This document shows positions 46,307-56,771 of a DNA stretch of 64,000 nucleotides, in pieces (positions within the stretch are counted from its first letter, which is position 1; the number at the start of each line of letters is the position of its first letter). The stretch covers positions 1,536,001-1,600,000 of the forward strand of contig OY970178.1 of the NCBI GenBank assembly GCA_963707915.1. Reading direction: 5' to 3'. The DNA is from Candidatus Eiseniibacteriota bacterium. Lineage in GTDB: Bacteria; Eisenbacteria; RBG-16-71-46. Under the pieces are notes generated by a model. The model worked only from the letters and a program-made list of their open reading frames with translations, made no database searches and was not told where the DNA came from. Both the position numbers and the translations under genes were made by a program.

Positions 46307-49300
46307 CGCTTTCCTCTGCCTGGACGACTGCGCCTTCCGGTGGCAGGAGGATCTTCCATCGCCTCTCCGAACAAGGTGGGTTCCCCTGGGAAGAGCCTAC
46401 GCTGCGTGCCCGCCCGTTCATCGTAGGGGGGCGCCGAAGGCTCGGCGGCAAGGGGCAAGGCGGGCTTGTCGTCGCCCCTCGCGATCTGGTCCTTGAGCCG
46501 CGTGTATCCGGCTTCCCCGAGGACGTTCCGCGCGTGGCGTTCGCACTCCGCCCACGATTCCTCGACCGACTGCTCGAGCTGCCACGGGAGGAAACGCTCG
46601 CCAAGCCGGGCAGCGACGGGCTGAGGCTCCTTCGCACGATCGTCGTGGCCGAGACCGTAGTCGGCGAGCCGGACGGCTTCAGGCAGCATCCAGCCGTCGC
46701 CCTCGTTCTGCGCGCAGAACGCCTCGATGCCACGGTCCCGGTCATTGCCGTTGGCCGCGATGGTCTCCTTCAGATCGTGGAAGGCGACCAGACTCAGCAC
46801 GCTATGCCGTAGTTCGGGAACCTTCTCCTTGTCCACGCGCCAGAAGCCCTTCGGATCGAGCGTTCGAGCGAACGCCCTGTCACCCACACGATCGGCCGGG
46901 TGGTCGCAGTCGCGCAGGATCCAGGCGAGGTCGTTCCAGTCGAGGCCGTAGAGTTCTGCCACGATGGCGTCTAGGAGGCAACGTAGGCGCAGGCGTTCGT
47001 GGTCTGTGATTGCCCAGAGCTGTCGCCAGGCCGAAGTCCTTCTGCGCCGCGCGGACACTGTTGCAATCCAAATGGCAGCCCAACACACCGACGGCAATGC
47101 GAGTGCAGCCGCGTGGTCTGCGATCGTTGAGTGGTTGAGTGTACTTCGAAGGCTCGGCAGAGGGTTTTGCTCGAAGACATGGTAATCTAGGTGGAGGCCT
47201 CCGAGACGCACTCTCATCACGCTATCGAATGCGAAGCTGTTCAGTAGGGCACAGAGGACGGTATCGGCAGTCGACGATTCGGTCCAGAAGATCGCTGCCG
47301 TATCTCCTGTGGGCACACCCTCGAGTACTGCTGCTCCGCTTGACCGTTCGTTCGTCGCCGATCCAATTCGCATGTGAGCGACCTTGGTGCCTATCGGCCT
47401 GGCTGCAGCATCAAGGTAGCTCGAACGAGCCATCAGGTACTGTGATTCAATTCGCTTCGTGTCCCACGGCACGTCCCGCCAAACCGCCCCGCGCCCCTTC
47501 CCGCTGACCCAACCCTTTTGGCTGAAGTCGAACTGCCCGATCATCCGCCCCTCGTAAAGCGGCAGCGCCACGTCCTCGATATCCCCCTCCCACACCACCG
47601 CGCTGCCGTCCGCCAGCTTGATCCAGCCGGGATCGCGGGCGCGGGCGAGGTCGGGGGACGACTTGCTGAACTTGAGCCACCGCCCGTACTCGTCGGGCCG
47701 AAAGCCCTGCGCCTCCCACTTCGGCCGCGGCGGGAAGAGCTTTGAGTCGTTGGTCATGTCGAATTCGCGCGCGTACTGGATCCGCCAGCCGTCCTCGGAG
47801 CCATCGCCCAGCAGCACCGAGTTCGCGTAGATCTTCTCCAGCACCTCGAGATCACGCCGCTCACGAATCTCGAGTATGGCGAGGGTGCGGGGGCTGAAGC
47901 GGTCGACCTGGGCGCGCGAGTAAGGGATCGCGTGCTTCTCCGCTTCCTCCCAGTCCGCGAGCCGGCGCCGCATGAAGGCGGTTCGCACCGCCGTAGTCTC
48001 ACCACCCTTTTCAACGATGACCGGGCAGAACTTGAAGCGACCGTCCACGTCGGGAAAGATCCCATCCCGATTCTCGAACCCGAACAGCCACTCCCAGCTG
48101 CAGCGGGTGAGGAATAGGTTGCGCAGGTCGGTTGTTCCCTTGTCGGTGTAGAGCCCAGAGGGCACGATGAAACCCATGCGCCCGCCGCTGCACAATAGGG
48201 CGTGGCCAGCCTCGAGGAACATCTTGTACGTATTGAGGTCCGCCGAGCCCTGCCAACGAAATGGATGCGCCGGGTCGGCGTAGCCCTGTCGCCGAGCGCG
48301 CCGCGACGCCCAGGCCTGGTGGAGATCCCGGCTGCCCTGACCGAGCGCGAAGACCGTGCCGCCATCGGTGCCGTCACCGAATGGATACGCCGCGGCCTGG
48401 GCGAAGTTCGCAAGCCCCTTGAAGCCAGCGCAGTAGAGAAGCCAGTCGCGCTCGTCCTTGGCCGAGGCTGCGAACATCTCGGCCTGTCGATCGAGTGCAT
48501 GCTGCTTGCCGTAGGCCCGGTAGAGCGGATCGAGGTTGGAGAAGAACTCCTTCGAGGCAGGCTTCTGGATCTCCCACGGCGGGTTCCCGACGATGGCGTC
48601 GAAGCCCGCACCGGCTCGCGCGAACACCTCGGGAAACTCCAGTTCCCAGTGGAAGAATCTCTGCTTGCGCGCGATCTCGGCCGCCAGCGCGCGGCTCGCT
48701 TCCCGCGGGGCGGCGATGTCGCCGGGAAGGGGTGCATCGTCCAGCCCGTCGGCGGGCCAAAACCAGAGCGCGCACCAAGTGTCGAACGCCTCCCGGAGTC
48801 GCGCCAGCGCGGGGTCGGCGGCGAAACGTTCGCGGTAGAGCCGGGCCCGCTCCTCTGCCTCGTGCACGGGCAGGGCGTGGATACCCTCCATCAGCAGCAG
48901 AGACTGCTCGTGCAGGGACTCGGCGCTCGCACCCTGCTGCTCGAACGCAAAGGCCTCCTGCCCGGCCGAGCGCACGATCCACTCGCGCAACCCGCTCTTC
49001 ACCACGCCATTGCGCTTCTCTTTGATGGCTCTTGTCCACGCCTCCGCCTTGAAGTGCGTGCCGCGCGTGTGCTCCTTGTCGCCGCCCTCGCGGCACCACG
49101 CCAGCGCCGGGTAATCGCGGAAGTGATCGAACCAGCAGCCAACCAGGCTGTTCCCGCACTTCACCTTGTGATCAAGGAACGAGAACGGCAGGCGGCGCTC
49201 CATGGTCTCGACCCACAGCGAGAGCCGGGCCAGCTCAACCGCGAGTGGGTCAAGGTCCACGCCGTAGAGGCAACGCTCCACCACGACGCGCTTGAGTAAT

Positions 49301-51492
49301 GCTTCGAGGTGACCTTCGGCGTCTTCGGAGGTCGCTGGCACGTCGCGAAGGCAGTCGGCGAGCCAGGGCGGCATAGCGTCTTCGGCCAGCATGGGCCGCA
49401 GCCCCTCGTCCCGCACCTCGATCCAGCGGTGGTGGAACAAGCTCTTCTTGAGCCCTTCAGCCAGGAATCGCAGGACCGCCACGAGGAACGAGCCCGAGCC
49501 GCAGGCCGGATCGCAGACCTTAAGGGCCAGCACTTGATCAGGTTGCTTCGGCGTCCAGCGCTCGGCCGGGGCATCGAGGTCTGGCTGGCCGTTAGCATCA
49601 GCAGGCGGCTCGTAGGCTAGCGGCCGAAGCGTGCGCTGCACGGTCGGGACGGCCAGCTGTGGGCGCGTGTAGAACGTGCCCGCGCCCTTGCGGGTGCCGC
49701 CAAAGCGAACAAGGAACCATTCTCCGGGCAAGACCACGCGCACCAAGTTCGCCGCCGTTCTGGCGACTGCGTCTTCCTGCTCGCGCAGAGCATCGGGCTT
49801 CTTCGAACGAGGCCGGGGCACGAGGCCCCCGGCCAGGACCGCCCGCCGGGCCCATGCGAGCGAGCGATTATGGGCTGCTTCGCCCGGGCCGTCGGGCTCT
49901 GCCTCCGGTTGGGCAGCTTCCGCCTCGGACGCCGGCGGTGGTCCGCCTCCGGCTTCAGCGTCTTCCGCATCCTCGCCGAGAGGCTCTTCCTCGTCGCCCG
50001 CGTCCTCTTCATCCTCGGCCGCGGCCACCTTGCGCTTCGTCTTCGCCTTCTCGACCAGCGAGGCGAGCGTTTCATCATCCATCGCTTCAAGCCGCGACAA
50101 CGGCAGCGCGGGCTCATCACCGAGCCGCAGGAACAGTACCGGGTCGCCTTCGGGCGCGCGGCGCAGCTCGAAATCGAGCAAGCCCTCGTAGAGGATCCCG
50201 ATGTACTCGGAGGAAAGATCCGAGAAATCCACCGGCGAGTCCACGATCGCAGCGCCTCGGCCCATACGCACCCTCATGGGACACCTGGTCAGCAGCTCCA
50301 GCATCCGCTGAACCGAGGCATCGGGCATGACCGGCTGCTCGGAACTGAAGCACCCGTTCTCGAATGCGCGGATCGTCCTCAAGACAGGATCCGGCGATTG
50401 CGCGTCTCCCGCTTCGAAGAGCCCTCCCCCGTAGGCTGGCACAGCAAGTCCACTGTGCGACGAACCGCGGTGGATGAGGCGAAAGAGCCCAAGCACGCGG
50501 GGCCACGCGCTGTAGCGATGGCGGAGTCTTTCGCGACCCGTTGCCCCGCCGGCTCGATCGAGCTGCTCACGAAGGCCTGAAAGTCCGTAGGACCCGAAGT
50601 AGACCGGGTTCTCTACCGGCAACAGACCCGGGCGCGCTTCCGCGAAGAGGACCACCACCATCCTCATCACCATGCGAACGGCTGCAAGATAGATGTGGCG
50701 CGGCGAGATCTCCTTGTCTGCCTGGAGGAGACTCGAGAGCTGCTGGCCGTGCTCGCGGATCAGGAGCTCCACTGCGAGACGTACCCGCTCACCCAAGACC
50801 TGCGACAGCTCCGCCTGCCCCCGCCTGGTGGCATCAATGGCCGCGAAGAGCGGTGACGGCTCGCTCGGCGCCGCAGGGGTGAGCGAGGCCTGGGCCAAGA
50901 GCGTCCGCAGCGCCGTGACTTGCGGGCCGGCCGCCCCTTCCTCGAACCAGAGCTTCGCGTCGGCCTCGGCGAATGCATCGTGGTCCAGGCCCGCGTACAC
51001 GATTCGCCATTGCTGTCCATTCGTCAGGACAGCGACCTTGTGACCGGCCTGTCTGAGCCACTCCACCACGCGAGCCGCGGGGCGGCGGCCCCGCCCAATG
51101 CCGAGGTGGGGCGAATCATCGAAGAACACCGGGAGCGTGGCACCGTGGGCCCCGTTCCAGACCCGGCGCGGCTTGACTACCTCGCCCGAGATGGCCCGTC
51201 GGGTCCACTCGGAGGGCACATCGCCAGCCTTGAGCCAGTACCCGCTGCTGGGTTCGGCGCTGCGCCCCAGGCCGATGACCTGCTCGAGAACGGTGTCCAG
51301 CAACGCGATGTCAGCGTTGTGTTGACGAGTCTCGAATCGAATGAGGTCCCGGCGCAGACGCTCTTCGAGGTAGGCCGGGATCGGTGGAGCCTCGGTCGGG
51401 AAGAACTCAGTCAGTCGCGACGGGGCAATCAAGAGCCCCCCGTGTCTCAGGGAGCCCCACCAGCTCCGGGTTTCTTCCGCGACCGGGGGCAT
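46303..51492 (-). CDS. Large type IIG/Eco57I-like adenine DNA methyltransferase (DrmMI-related)
   Basis: LTNG..WR, YEGLL, RKGAGTFYT, DPACGSGSFL (motif I), GNPPW (motif IV), FHWELEFPEVF, C-terminal TRD. Confidence 0.92.
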   Translation of the reverse strand: MPPVAEETRSWWGSLRHGGLLIAPSRLTEFFPTEAPPIPAYLEERLRRDLIRFETRQHNADIALLDTVLEQVIGLGRSAEPSSGYWLKAGDVPSEWTRRAISGEVVKPRRVWNGAHGATLPVFFDDSPHLGIGRGRRPAARVVEWLRQAGHKVAVLTNGQQWRIVYAGLDHDAFAEADAKLWFEEGAAGPQVTALRTLLAQASLTPAAPSEPSPLFAAIDATRRGQAELSQVLGERVRLAVELLIREHGQQLSSLLQADKEISPRHIYLAAVRMVMRMVVVLFAEARPGLLPVENPVYFGSYGLSGLREQLDRAGGATGRERLRHRYSAWPRVLGLFRLIHRGSSHSGLAVPAYGGGLFEAGDAQSPDPVLRTIRAFENGCFSSEQPVMPDASVQRMLELLTRCPMRVRMGRGAAIVDSPVDFSDLSSEYIGILYEGLLDFELRRAPEGDPVLFLRLGDEPALPLSRLEAMDDETLASLVEKAKTKRKVAAAEDEEDAGDEEEPLGEDAEDAEAGGGPPPASEAEAAQPEAEPDGPGEAAHNRSLAWARRAVLAGGLVPRPRSKKPDALREQEDAVARTAANLVRVVLPGEWFLVRFGGTRKGAGTFYTRPQLAVPTVQRTLRPLAYEPPADANGQPDLDAPAERWTPKQPDQVLALKVCDPACGSGSFLVAVLRFLAEGLKKSLFHHRWIEVRDEGLRPMLAEDAMPPWLADCLRDVPATSEDAEGHLEALLKRVVVERCLYGVDLDPLAVELARLSLWVETMERRLPFSFLDHKVKCGNSLVGCWFDHFRDYPALAWCREGGDKEHTRGTHFKAEAWTRAIKEKRNGVVKSGLREWIVRSAGQEAFAFEQQGASAESLHEQSLLLMEGIHALPVHEAEERARLYRERFAADPALARLREAFDTWCALWFWPADGLDDAPLPGDIAAPREASRALAAEIARKQRFFHWELEFPEVFARAGAGFDAIVGNPPWEIQKPASKEFFSNLDPLYRAYGKQHALDRQAEMFAASAKDERDWLLYCAGFKGLANFAQAAAYPFGDGTDGGTVFALGQGSRDLHQAWASRRARRQGYADPAHPFRWQGSADLNTYKMFLEAGHALLCSGGRMGFIVPSGLYTDKGTTDLRNLFLTRCSWEWLFGFENRDGIFPDVDGRFKFCPVIVEKGGETTAVRTAFMRRRLADWEEAEKHAIPYSRAQVDRFSPRTLAILEIRERRDLEVLEKIYANSVLLGDGSEDGWRIQYAREFDMTNDSKLFPPRPKWEAQGFRPDEYGRWLKFSKSSPDLARARDPGWIKLADGSAVVWEGDIEDVALPLYEGRMIGQFDFSQKGWVSGKGRGAVWRDVPWDTKRIESQYLMARSSYLDAAARPIGTKVAHMRIGSATNERSSGAAVLEGVPTGDTAAIFWTESSTADTVLCALLNSFAFDSVMRVRLGGLHLDYHVFEQNPLPSLRSTLNHSTIADHAAALALPSVCWAAIWIATVSARRRRTSAWRQLWAITDHERLRLRCLLDAIVAELYGLDWNDLAWILRDCDHPADRVGDRAFARTLDPKGFWRVDKEKVPELRHSVLSLVAFHDLKETIAANGNDRDRGIEAFCAQNEGDGWMLPEAVRLADYGLGHDDRAKEPQPVAARLGERFLPWQLEQSVEESWAECERHARNVLGEAGYTRLKDQIARGDDKPALPLAAEPSAPPYDERAGTQRRLFPGEPTLFGEAMEDPPATGRRSRPGRGKR

Positions 51493-51496
51493 GGCG

Positions 51497-52954
51497 CTAT
51501 CCGCCCAAGTCCAGGCTGGGCTCGACCGGGGGGGGCACGGTCGGCTCAGGGAGGGTCTTCACTTCTTCGGCTTGCAAATCACGAACAGCCTGGTCGACAA
51601 CCTCGGCCTCTGGAAGGTCCCTCGTCGTCGAGCCCCCCAGCTCTTGGAATTTCCGGGCTGAAACCAGCACACGCGATTCGAGGGATCCGACCGCACTGTT
51701 GTACCCGGTTACTGCGGATGAGAGGCCCTTGCCCACCTTGGAGAAATGTTCGAGCCACGTGGCGATGCGCTCGTAGAGCTCCCTGCCGAGATCACTGATG
51801 GCCTGTGCATTCTCCGCGAGCTTCTCCTGCCTCCAGCCGTAGTGCACGGCCCTGAGAAGCGAAATGAGAGTTGTAGGGCTGGCCGGGATGACCCTTTGTT
51901 CCACGCCGTACTCGATGAGCGTTGGGTCATACTGCAAGGCAGCCGAGAAGAAGGTTTCGCCTGGCAGAAACATCACGACCAGCTCGGGGCTGGGCTGGAA
52001 TTGCTCCCAGTAGCTTTTCGCAGCCAACTTGGTCATGTGGTCCCGCACCTGGCGTGCGTGGTCACGGAGCCGCGCTTCACGCACGGTCTCGTCGGTCGCC
52101 TCGAGAGCCTCCAGATAGGCGGCGAGAGGAGCTTTCGAGTCCACAACGATGTTCTTGCCACCCGGAAGCTTTACGATCACGTCGGGACGCAGGCGGCCCG
52201 CGTCAGTCGGAGCGCCTTCCTGCTCAAAGAAGTCACAGTGGTCAAGCATCCCGGCCAGTTCCACGACACGCTTCAACTGGATCTCGCCCCAGCGGCCGCG
52301 AACCGTGGGCGAGCGAAGCGCCTTCACGAGATTCGCAGTCTCGGATTGCAGCTGCTGCTGGCCCGTGGCCATCGCCCGCACCTGCTCGGTGAGCAGCGTG
52401 TAGGCCGTTTGACGCTCCTTTTCCACCTCTTGGAGCTTCGTCTCGACCTTCCCCAGGGATTCCTGGATCGGGCGGATGACTTCTTCCACCGCCTTGTGCT
52501 TGCCGTCCAGCTCGGCTTTGGCCTGCTCCTGGAACTGACCCAGCGAAGCTCTGGCAAGCTCGAGGAATGACTGGTTGTTGGTCTTCAGAGCCTCCGCCGC
52601 GAGCGCCTGGAAGGCTTCGCGCAGTTTCGTCGTCGCCTCCCCAAGGAGCGCCTCCTTCTGCGCGGAGCTCTCCCTCTCGGCCTTCAGAGCAGCGTCCAAT
52701 TGGCCGCGTTCGTCTCGGAGGCGAGCAATCTCTTCCTGCGAGGCCGTCAGCGTCTTGTCGCGCTCGGCGAGAGTCGCCTGCGCATCCACCGCCCGCTGAT
52801 TCGCCCCCTCCAAGCGCCCCTTCGCCTCGGCGATCTCAGCCCTGGGACCGGCCACCGCCTCCGCGATGTCCTTTCCCGCGCGGGCTCGAGCGAGAAACCA
52901 GCCGAGAAGAAATCCTGCAAGCAGGCACCCCGCACCTACCAGGAGCACGCTCAT
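51497..52954 (-). CDS. rmuC: RmuC-family protein (TM anchor, coiled coil, nuclease fold)
   Basis: RGRWGEIQL, LRPDVIVKLPG, VDSKAP, MFLPGE, SPTTL, YNSAVGSLE. Confidence 0.92.
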   Translation of the reverse strand: MSVLLVGAGCLLAGFLLGWFLARARAGKDIAEAVAGPRAEIAEAKGRLEGANQRAVDAQATLAERDKTLTASQEEIARLRDERGQLDAALKAERESSAQKEALLGEATTKLREAFQALAAEALKTNNQSFLELARASLGQFQEQAKAELDGKHKAVEEVIRPIQESLGKVETKLQEVEKERQTAYTLLTEQVRAMATGQQQLQSETANLVKALRSPTVRGRWGEIQLKRVVELAGMLDHCDFFEQEGAPTDAGRLRPDVIVKLPGGKNIVVDSKAPLAAYLEALEATDETVREARLRDHARQVRDHMTKLAAKSYWEQFQPSPELVVMFLPGETFFSAALQYDPTLIEYGVEQRVIPASPTTLISLLRAVHYGWRQEKLAENAQAISDLGRELYERIATWLEHFSKVGKGLSSAVTGYNSAVGSLESRVLVSARKFQELGGSTTRDLPEAEVVDQAVRDLQAEEVKTLPEPTVPPPVEPSLDLGG

Positions 52955-55900
52955 GTCGCTCCTCCCCGCTCCGCCGGCAGACGAACTTCAACGGACACCG
53001 GGAACACTTGCGCGGTACCACGGAGCGCGTAGCGTTTCGGAAGAAGCAACTCCAACACCCTCTTCCTCTCGCGTTCGAGTTGCAGCCGGAGCTGCTCATA
53101 GTGTGCCCGGCGGCGCCGCACCTCTTCCTCCTTCTCCTCCACTGAGCGCTCGATTTCCGCGACCCGCTCCTCGGGATCGAATAGCGTCCCTTGTTGAGCC
53201 TCCGCCTTCAGCTCATCGATCTCGCGCTGGAGGCGTGTGAGGGTCGTGTTCTGGATGAGCTCAGAGACCTCGGCCTGCCGGCTCTGGAAGCGCTTGGACT
53301 CGCGGTCGCGCTCTGCCTCGAGTTCCGTGGCAAGAGCAGCCTTGACTTGGCGCGTAAGTTCGGCAGCCTGGACTTCGAGGAGCCCCCGAAGCCCCTGCGC
53401 GACCTCGTCCCACAACTCGCGAGCGCGGCGTATCTCAGACGCGGCTGGAGTCGTCGGCGGTACCCGCAAGTTGTGGGCGGGGACGTGAGGCAATGACTGG
53501 CCAAGGTTCCCGCCACGGATGGGCAGCTGAAGCGTGCGCACCCAGTGGTGGAACGTCTCCCGCAGCTCGTTGACCGCCAATTCCTCGACTGTGAGGAGGA
53601 GCAGAGCATCAGCGCCGTCAGGGACCGCACCCAGCCTCACCGACCACCTCGACTGGCCACCGGGCCCCGGGAAGCGAAGCCGCGCGAAGGAGGCGAGGGC
53701 CTGGTGATACATCGGATGACCGAGGTGCAAGAGAGCTGTATCCCGCTCAGGTCTAAAGACCGGCCGGCCCCCGATCGTGGCAATAAGGCGGCTTGGATCG
53801 AAGACCAGGAACGGCAGGGCACCGCGCCGGCCGGCGCGGTCTGGGAGCCGCAGGCAGTCGTTCACCAGCGCGTTCCAGTGTTCGGGGAGTTGGTGCCCCA
53901 GGCGATAGCGACCACGTTCGTCTGGCCCCTCCAGAGCCCGTCCGCCTTGCCCAATGGCCAAGTTCAACGTGTCGCACAGGGACTCGGCGTCGAGGTCAAC
54001 CTCTTCGGCGAGAGCCCGGAGCCGAGCCAATTCCTCCTCGCCTGTCTCGATGCGCGTACTTCGCGGGACCTCTGCCCTGCCACGAGCGGATTCGACCTGG
54101 AGATCGAGGTCAGATTTCACACGCGATGCGTCCTCACCGCGAATGAGGCGGCGTTCCAGCGCCGCGTCGAAAACCTCGCCGGTGGACCCGAGGTCTTCGC
54201 GAATCCGGTGCACCTTGCTCACGACATAGGCCAAGAAGTCCAGGTCGGCATCGTCATCGGTCACGAAGTGATGCACGACGACGTCGCGAGCCTGCCCGTG
54301 ACGGTCAAGCCGCCCGTTGCGCTGCTCGAGTCGCGCTGGATTCCAGGGAACGTCGAAGTGCAGAAGGTAGCGGGCGCTCTCCTGGAGGTTGAGCCCCTCA
54401 GCTGCCGCGTCGGTGGCGACGAGGATTCGCACCGGGTCGGCCGGGTCGTTGAAGGCAGCCTTGATCTCGTCACGGTCGACATCATCCATGCCGCCGTAAA
54501 GGACGCGCACGAGACCATCCCCGGAGAACTCGGAAGACAGCCGCTGGTTCAGGTAGTCGAGCGTCGTCTTGTACTCCGTGAAGATGACGAGGCGTTCGTC
54601 AGCGCGGAAGTCGCTGCCATTCAGGAGCAAACGCTTGATGAGGCCTTCCAGCGCATCGTAGCGAGCGTCGGCGTTCGGCCTTCGAGGTGAGCCCTTCCCG
54701 CTCGGACCGTCGAGCCCAAGCTCGCGCAGGGTGCGCTCAACGAGCTGGACCTCGCTCGCCAGCCCGTCGGCGAGCGGCTTGAGCCAGGCCCCCACCGTCT
54801 GCGCAGCGTGCCTGGCCCGGCTCTCGATCTCCGGGTCGTCGCTGATCCCTTCCCGGGTTGACCGCTCGGCCGCGCGCACCTCGGACACCTCGGCGGTTTC
54901 CTCGCCCGTCATACCGCTGCGGTAGCGCCACCACGATTCAGAGAAGGTCGCGGGGCACGACAGCAGTCGTTTGCCGAGGACCTCGACGGCGAAAGTCCCA
55001 GCGAGTCGCTCTTGCTTCGAGGCACGCCCCACCAGGCTGCGCACCTTCGTCCGGAACTCAGAGAAGGCCGCGGACAGGGCCCGCTCTTGAGCACCAAGCT
55101 GGAGGCGCACGGGATCGAGACTGCGCTCGGCGAATCGCGGCGGATTACTGCGCTCGTTGATCTCGCGTTTGAGCCGCCGGATGACGACTTCTTCCGCTCG
55201 CTCCCGGGCACGAGCCGTCAGCACGCTTTCGCGCGAGAAGCGCACTGGGTCTAGGCACTCGAGCAACCCCGTGAAACACCGCGTATGCCCGTTGTGGGGC
55301 GTCGCGCTCAGGAACAACTTGTGCTCGAACCATGGTGTCAGGTACTGCAGCAGCCGAGAGGCGTCGCTGTCCACTCCGATGGCCGCAGGGGCGAGGTTGT
55401 GTACCTCGTCGACGATGAGTAGGTCCCAGGGAAGGTTCGCCGTGTCGTCCGAAGGAAACGCCGCGCGGAATTGCTCGAGCACATCGGGCTGCTTCAGGTA
55501 ATCGAAAGATGCCACGATGCGCGGGTGGCTTCGCCAAGGATTCGCGTCCATGCCGACCCGCTTGCGGAGAGCCTCGGTGCTCCGGCGGTCTACGATGTCG
55601 AAGGTGAGGGAGAACTTCTCCCACATCTCCTGCTTCCACTGGGTGCGCAGCGAGGCCGGACAGAGCACCAGCACACGCCGGATGCGCCGCCGCTGGATGA
55701 GCTCGGCAACAATCAACCCCGCCTCGATGGTCTTGCCCAGTCCGACATCGTCCGCAAGCATCAGGGACACCCGCGGCATGCGCAGGGCCTTGAGGAGCGG
55801 TACGAGCTGGAAGTCCTCGACCTGAATCGCCCCATAGAAGGGGGCGGCCAGAGGCATGCGCTCAAGGGGGCCTGATCCGTCCGGGTCGACGAAGGGTTGG

Positions 55901-56208
55901 AGGGCCGTCCAGCGAGTCGCGCGCACCAGTGCGTCCAGGTGCTCCGGGACCATGGGCTGGCTCTGGACTACATCGGGCAGCGCCGTTGGCTCCAGGACCT
56001 GGTAGGCCGGCTCCCGCTCCCAGACTAGGAGGTCTTCCGACGGACCATCCGGGTCGACGTACTCGACGGAGACGAGGTGGAGCAGCCCTTCAGCATCGCT
56101 CTGGTGGGGTTCGACGGCAGCGATGACGCCCCGTCGGTTGCGCACCGTGGCGAGTGCGCCGACGCGAGGAATGGCCCCGGTAGGCGACGAGTCGTGTGTA
56201 GGCGGCAT
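52951..56208 (-). CDS. drmD: SNF2-like helicase, DISARM DrmD-related
   Basis: QLVPLLKALRMPRVSLMLADDVGLGKTIEAG, DEVH, LSATPHNG, TDAAAEGLNLQ, PWNPARLEQRNGRLDRHGQ. Confidence 0.9.
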   Translation of the reverse strand: MPPTHDSSPTGAIPRVGALATVRNRRGVIAAVEPHQSDAEGLLHLVSVEYVDPDGPSEDLLVWEREPAYQVLEPTALPDVVQSQPMVPEHLDALVRATRWTALQPFVDPDGSGPLERMPLAAPFYGAIQVEDFQLVPLLKALRMPRVSLMLADDVGLGKTIEAGLIVAELIQRRRIRRVLVLCPASLRTQWKQEMWEKFSLTFDIVDRRSTEALRKRVGMDANPWRSHPRIVASFDYLKQPDVLEQFRAAFPSDDTANLPWDLLIVDEVHNLAPAAIGVDSDASRLLQYLTPWFEHKLFLSATPHNGHTRCFTGLLECLDPVRFSRESVLTARARERAEEVVIRRLKREINERSNPPRFAERSLDPVRLQLGAQERALSAAFSEFRTKVRSLVGRASKQERLAGTFAVEVLGKRLLSCPATFSESWWRYRSGMTGEETAEVSEVRAAERSTREGISDDPEIESRARHAAQTVGAWLKPLADGLASEVQLVERTLRELGLDGPSGKGSPRRPNADARYDALEGLIKRLLLNGSDFRADERLVIFTEYKTTLDYLNQRLSSEFSGDGLVRVLYGGMDDVDRDEIKAAFNDPADPVRILVATDAAAEGLNLQESARYLLHFDVPWNPARLEQRNGRLDRHGQARDVVVHHFVTDDDADLDFLAYVVSKVHRIREDLGSTGEVFDAALERRLIRGEDASRVKSDLDLQVESARGRAEVPRSTRIETGEEELARLRALAEEVDLDAESLCDTLNLAIGQGGRALEGPDERGRYRLGHQLPEHWNALVNDCLRLPDRAGRRGALPFLVFDPSRLIATIGGRPVFRPERDTALLHLGHPMYHQALASFARLRFPGPGGQSRWSVRLGAVPDGADALLLLTVEELAVNELRETFHHWVRTLQLPIRGGNLGQSLPHVPAHNLRVPPTTPAASEIRRARELWDEVAQGLRGLLEVQAAELTRQVKAALATELEAERDRESKRFQSRQAEVSELIQNTTLTRLQREIDELKAEAQQGTLFDPEERVAEIERSVEEKEEEVRRRRAHYEQLRLQLERERKRVLELLLPKRYALRGTAQVFPVSVEVRLPAERGGAT

Positions 56209-56309
56209 GCGGCCTCACAAGTCTAGGATGCCGAGGAAGATAGCCCTTCCATGCCAGACCTCCAACCGGGGGATCGTGGACCAGTTTGAGTCTGCGGGGC
56301 TGGAGTGCG

Positions 56310-56771
56310 CTACGCCGTGGGTGCGGTTGGCGCCTGCGCTGGGGAAACTGGTGCCTGGAGCCCGGTAGAGGCGGCCGGGACGGTAAAACCGCTTGCGGAC
56401 GGCACCATTTCAATCTGTCCTGTGGTAGGACAGACGAGCAGCTCAAAGCCGAACTTCTTCAGAAAGTCCATCCCGAGCATGACCTGATTGCCCTCATTCT
56501 CAATCACGATCAAGCCCATGTTTTCCACTCCATCCAGCCGAGCCACGCCGAGGCAGGTTAGTCTATTCTCGCTGGCTCCGTTCGCAAATTGCAGGGACAT
56601 GGTGCCGGTAAGGATAAGCCCGATCGGGAATGCCTGAAGCAGCGGGATGGAGAGGAATCCCGTGAATCCCGTGTCAATCAGGCAGGCAAGCTTGGTCGGT
56701 TGGTTGAAGGCTCCGAGCACCTCGATTTCGATGGTCGGATCGCCGTTAGCGCCCAAAGATCCAATCGCCAT
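56310..56771 (-). CDS. Clan AA (retropepsin-like) aspartic protease
   Basis: LIDTGFTGFL catalytic motif, ANG, LGMDFL; GGAG before ATG 56771. Confidence 0.85.
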   Translation of the reverse strand: MAIGSLGANGDPTIEIEVLGAFNQPTKLACLIDTGFTGFLSIPLLQAFPIGLILTGTMSLQFANGASENRLTCLGVARLDGVENMGLIVIENEGNQVMLGMDFLKKFGFELLVCPTTGQIEMVPSASGFTVPAASTGLQAPVSPAQAPTAPTA

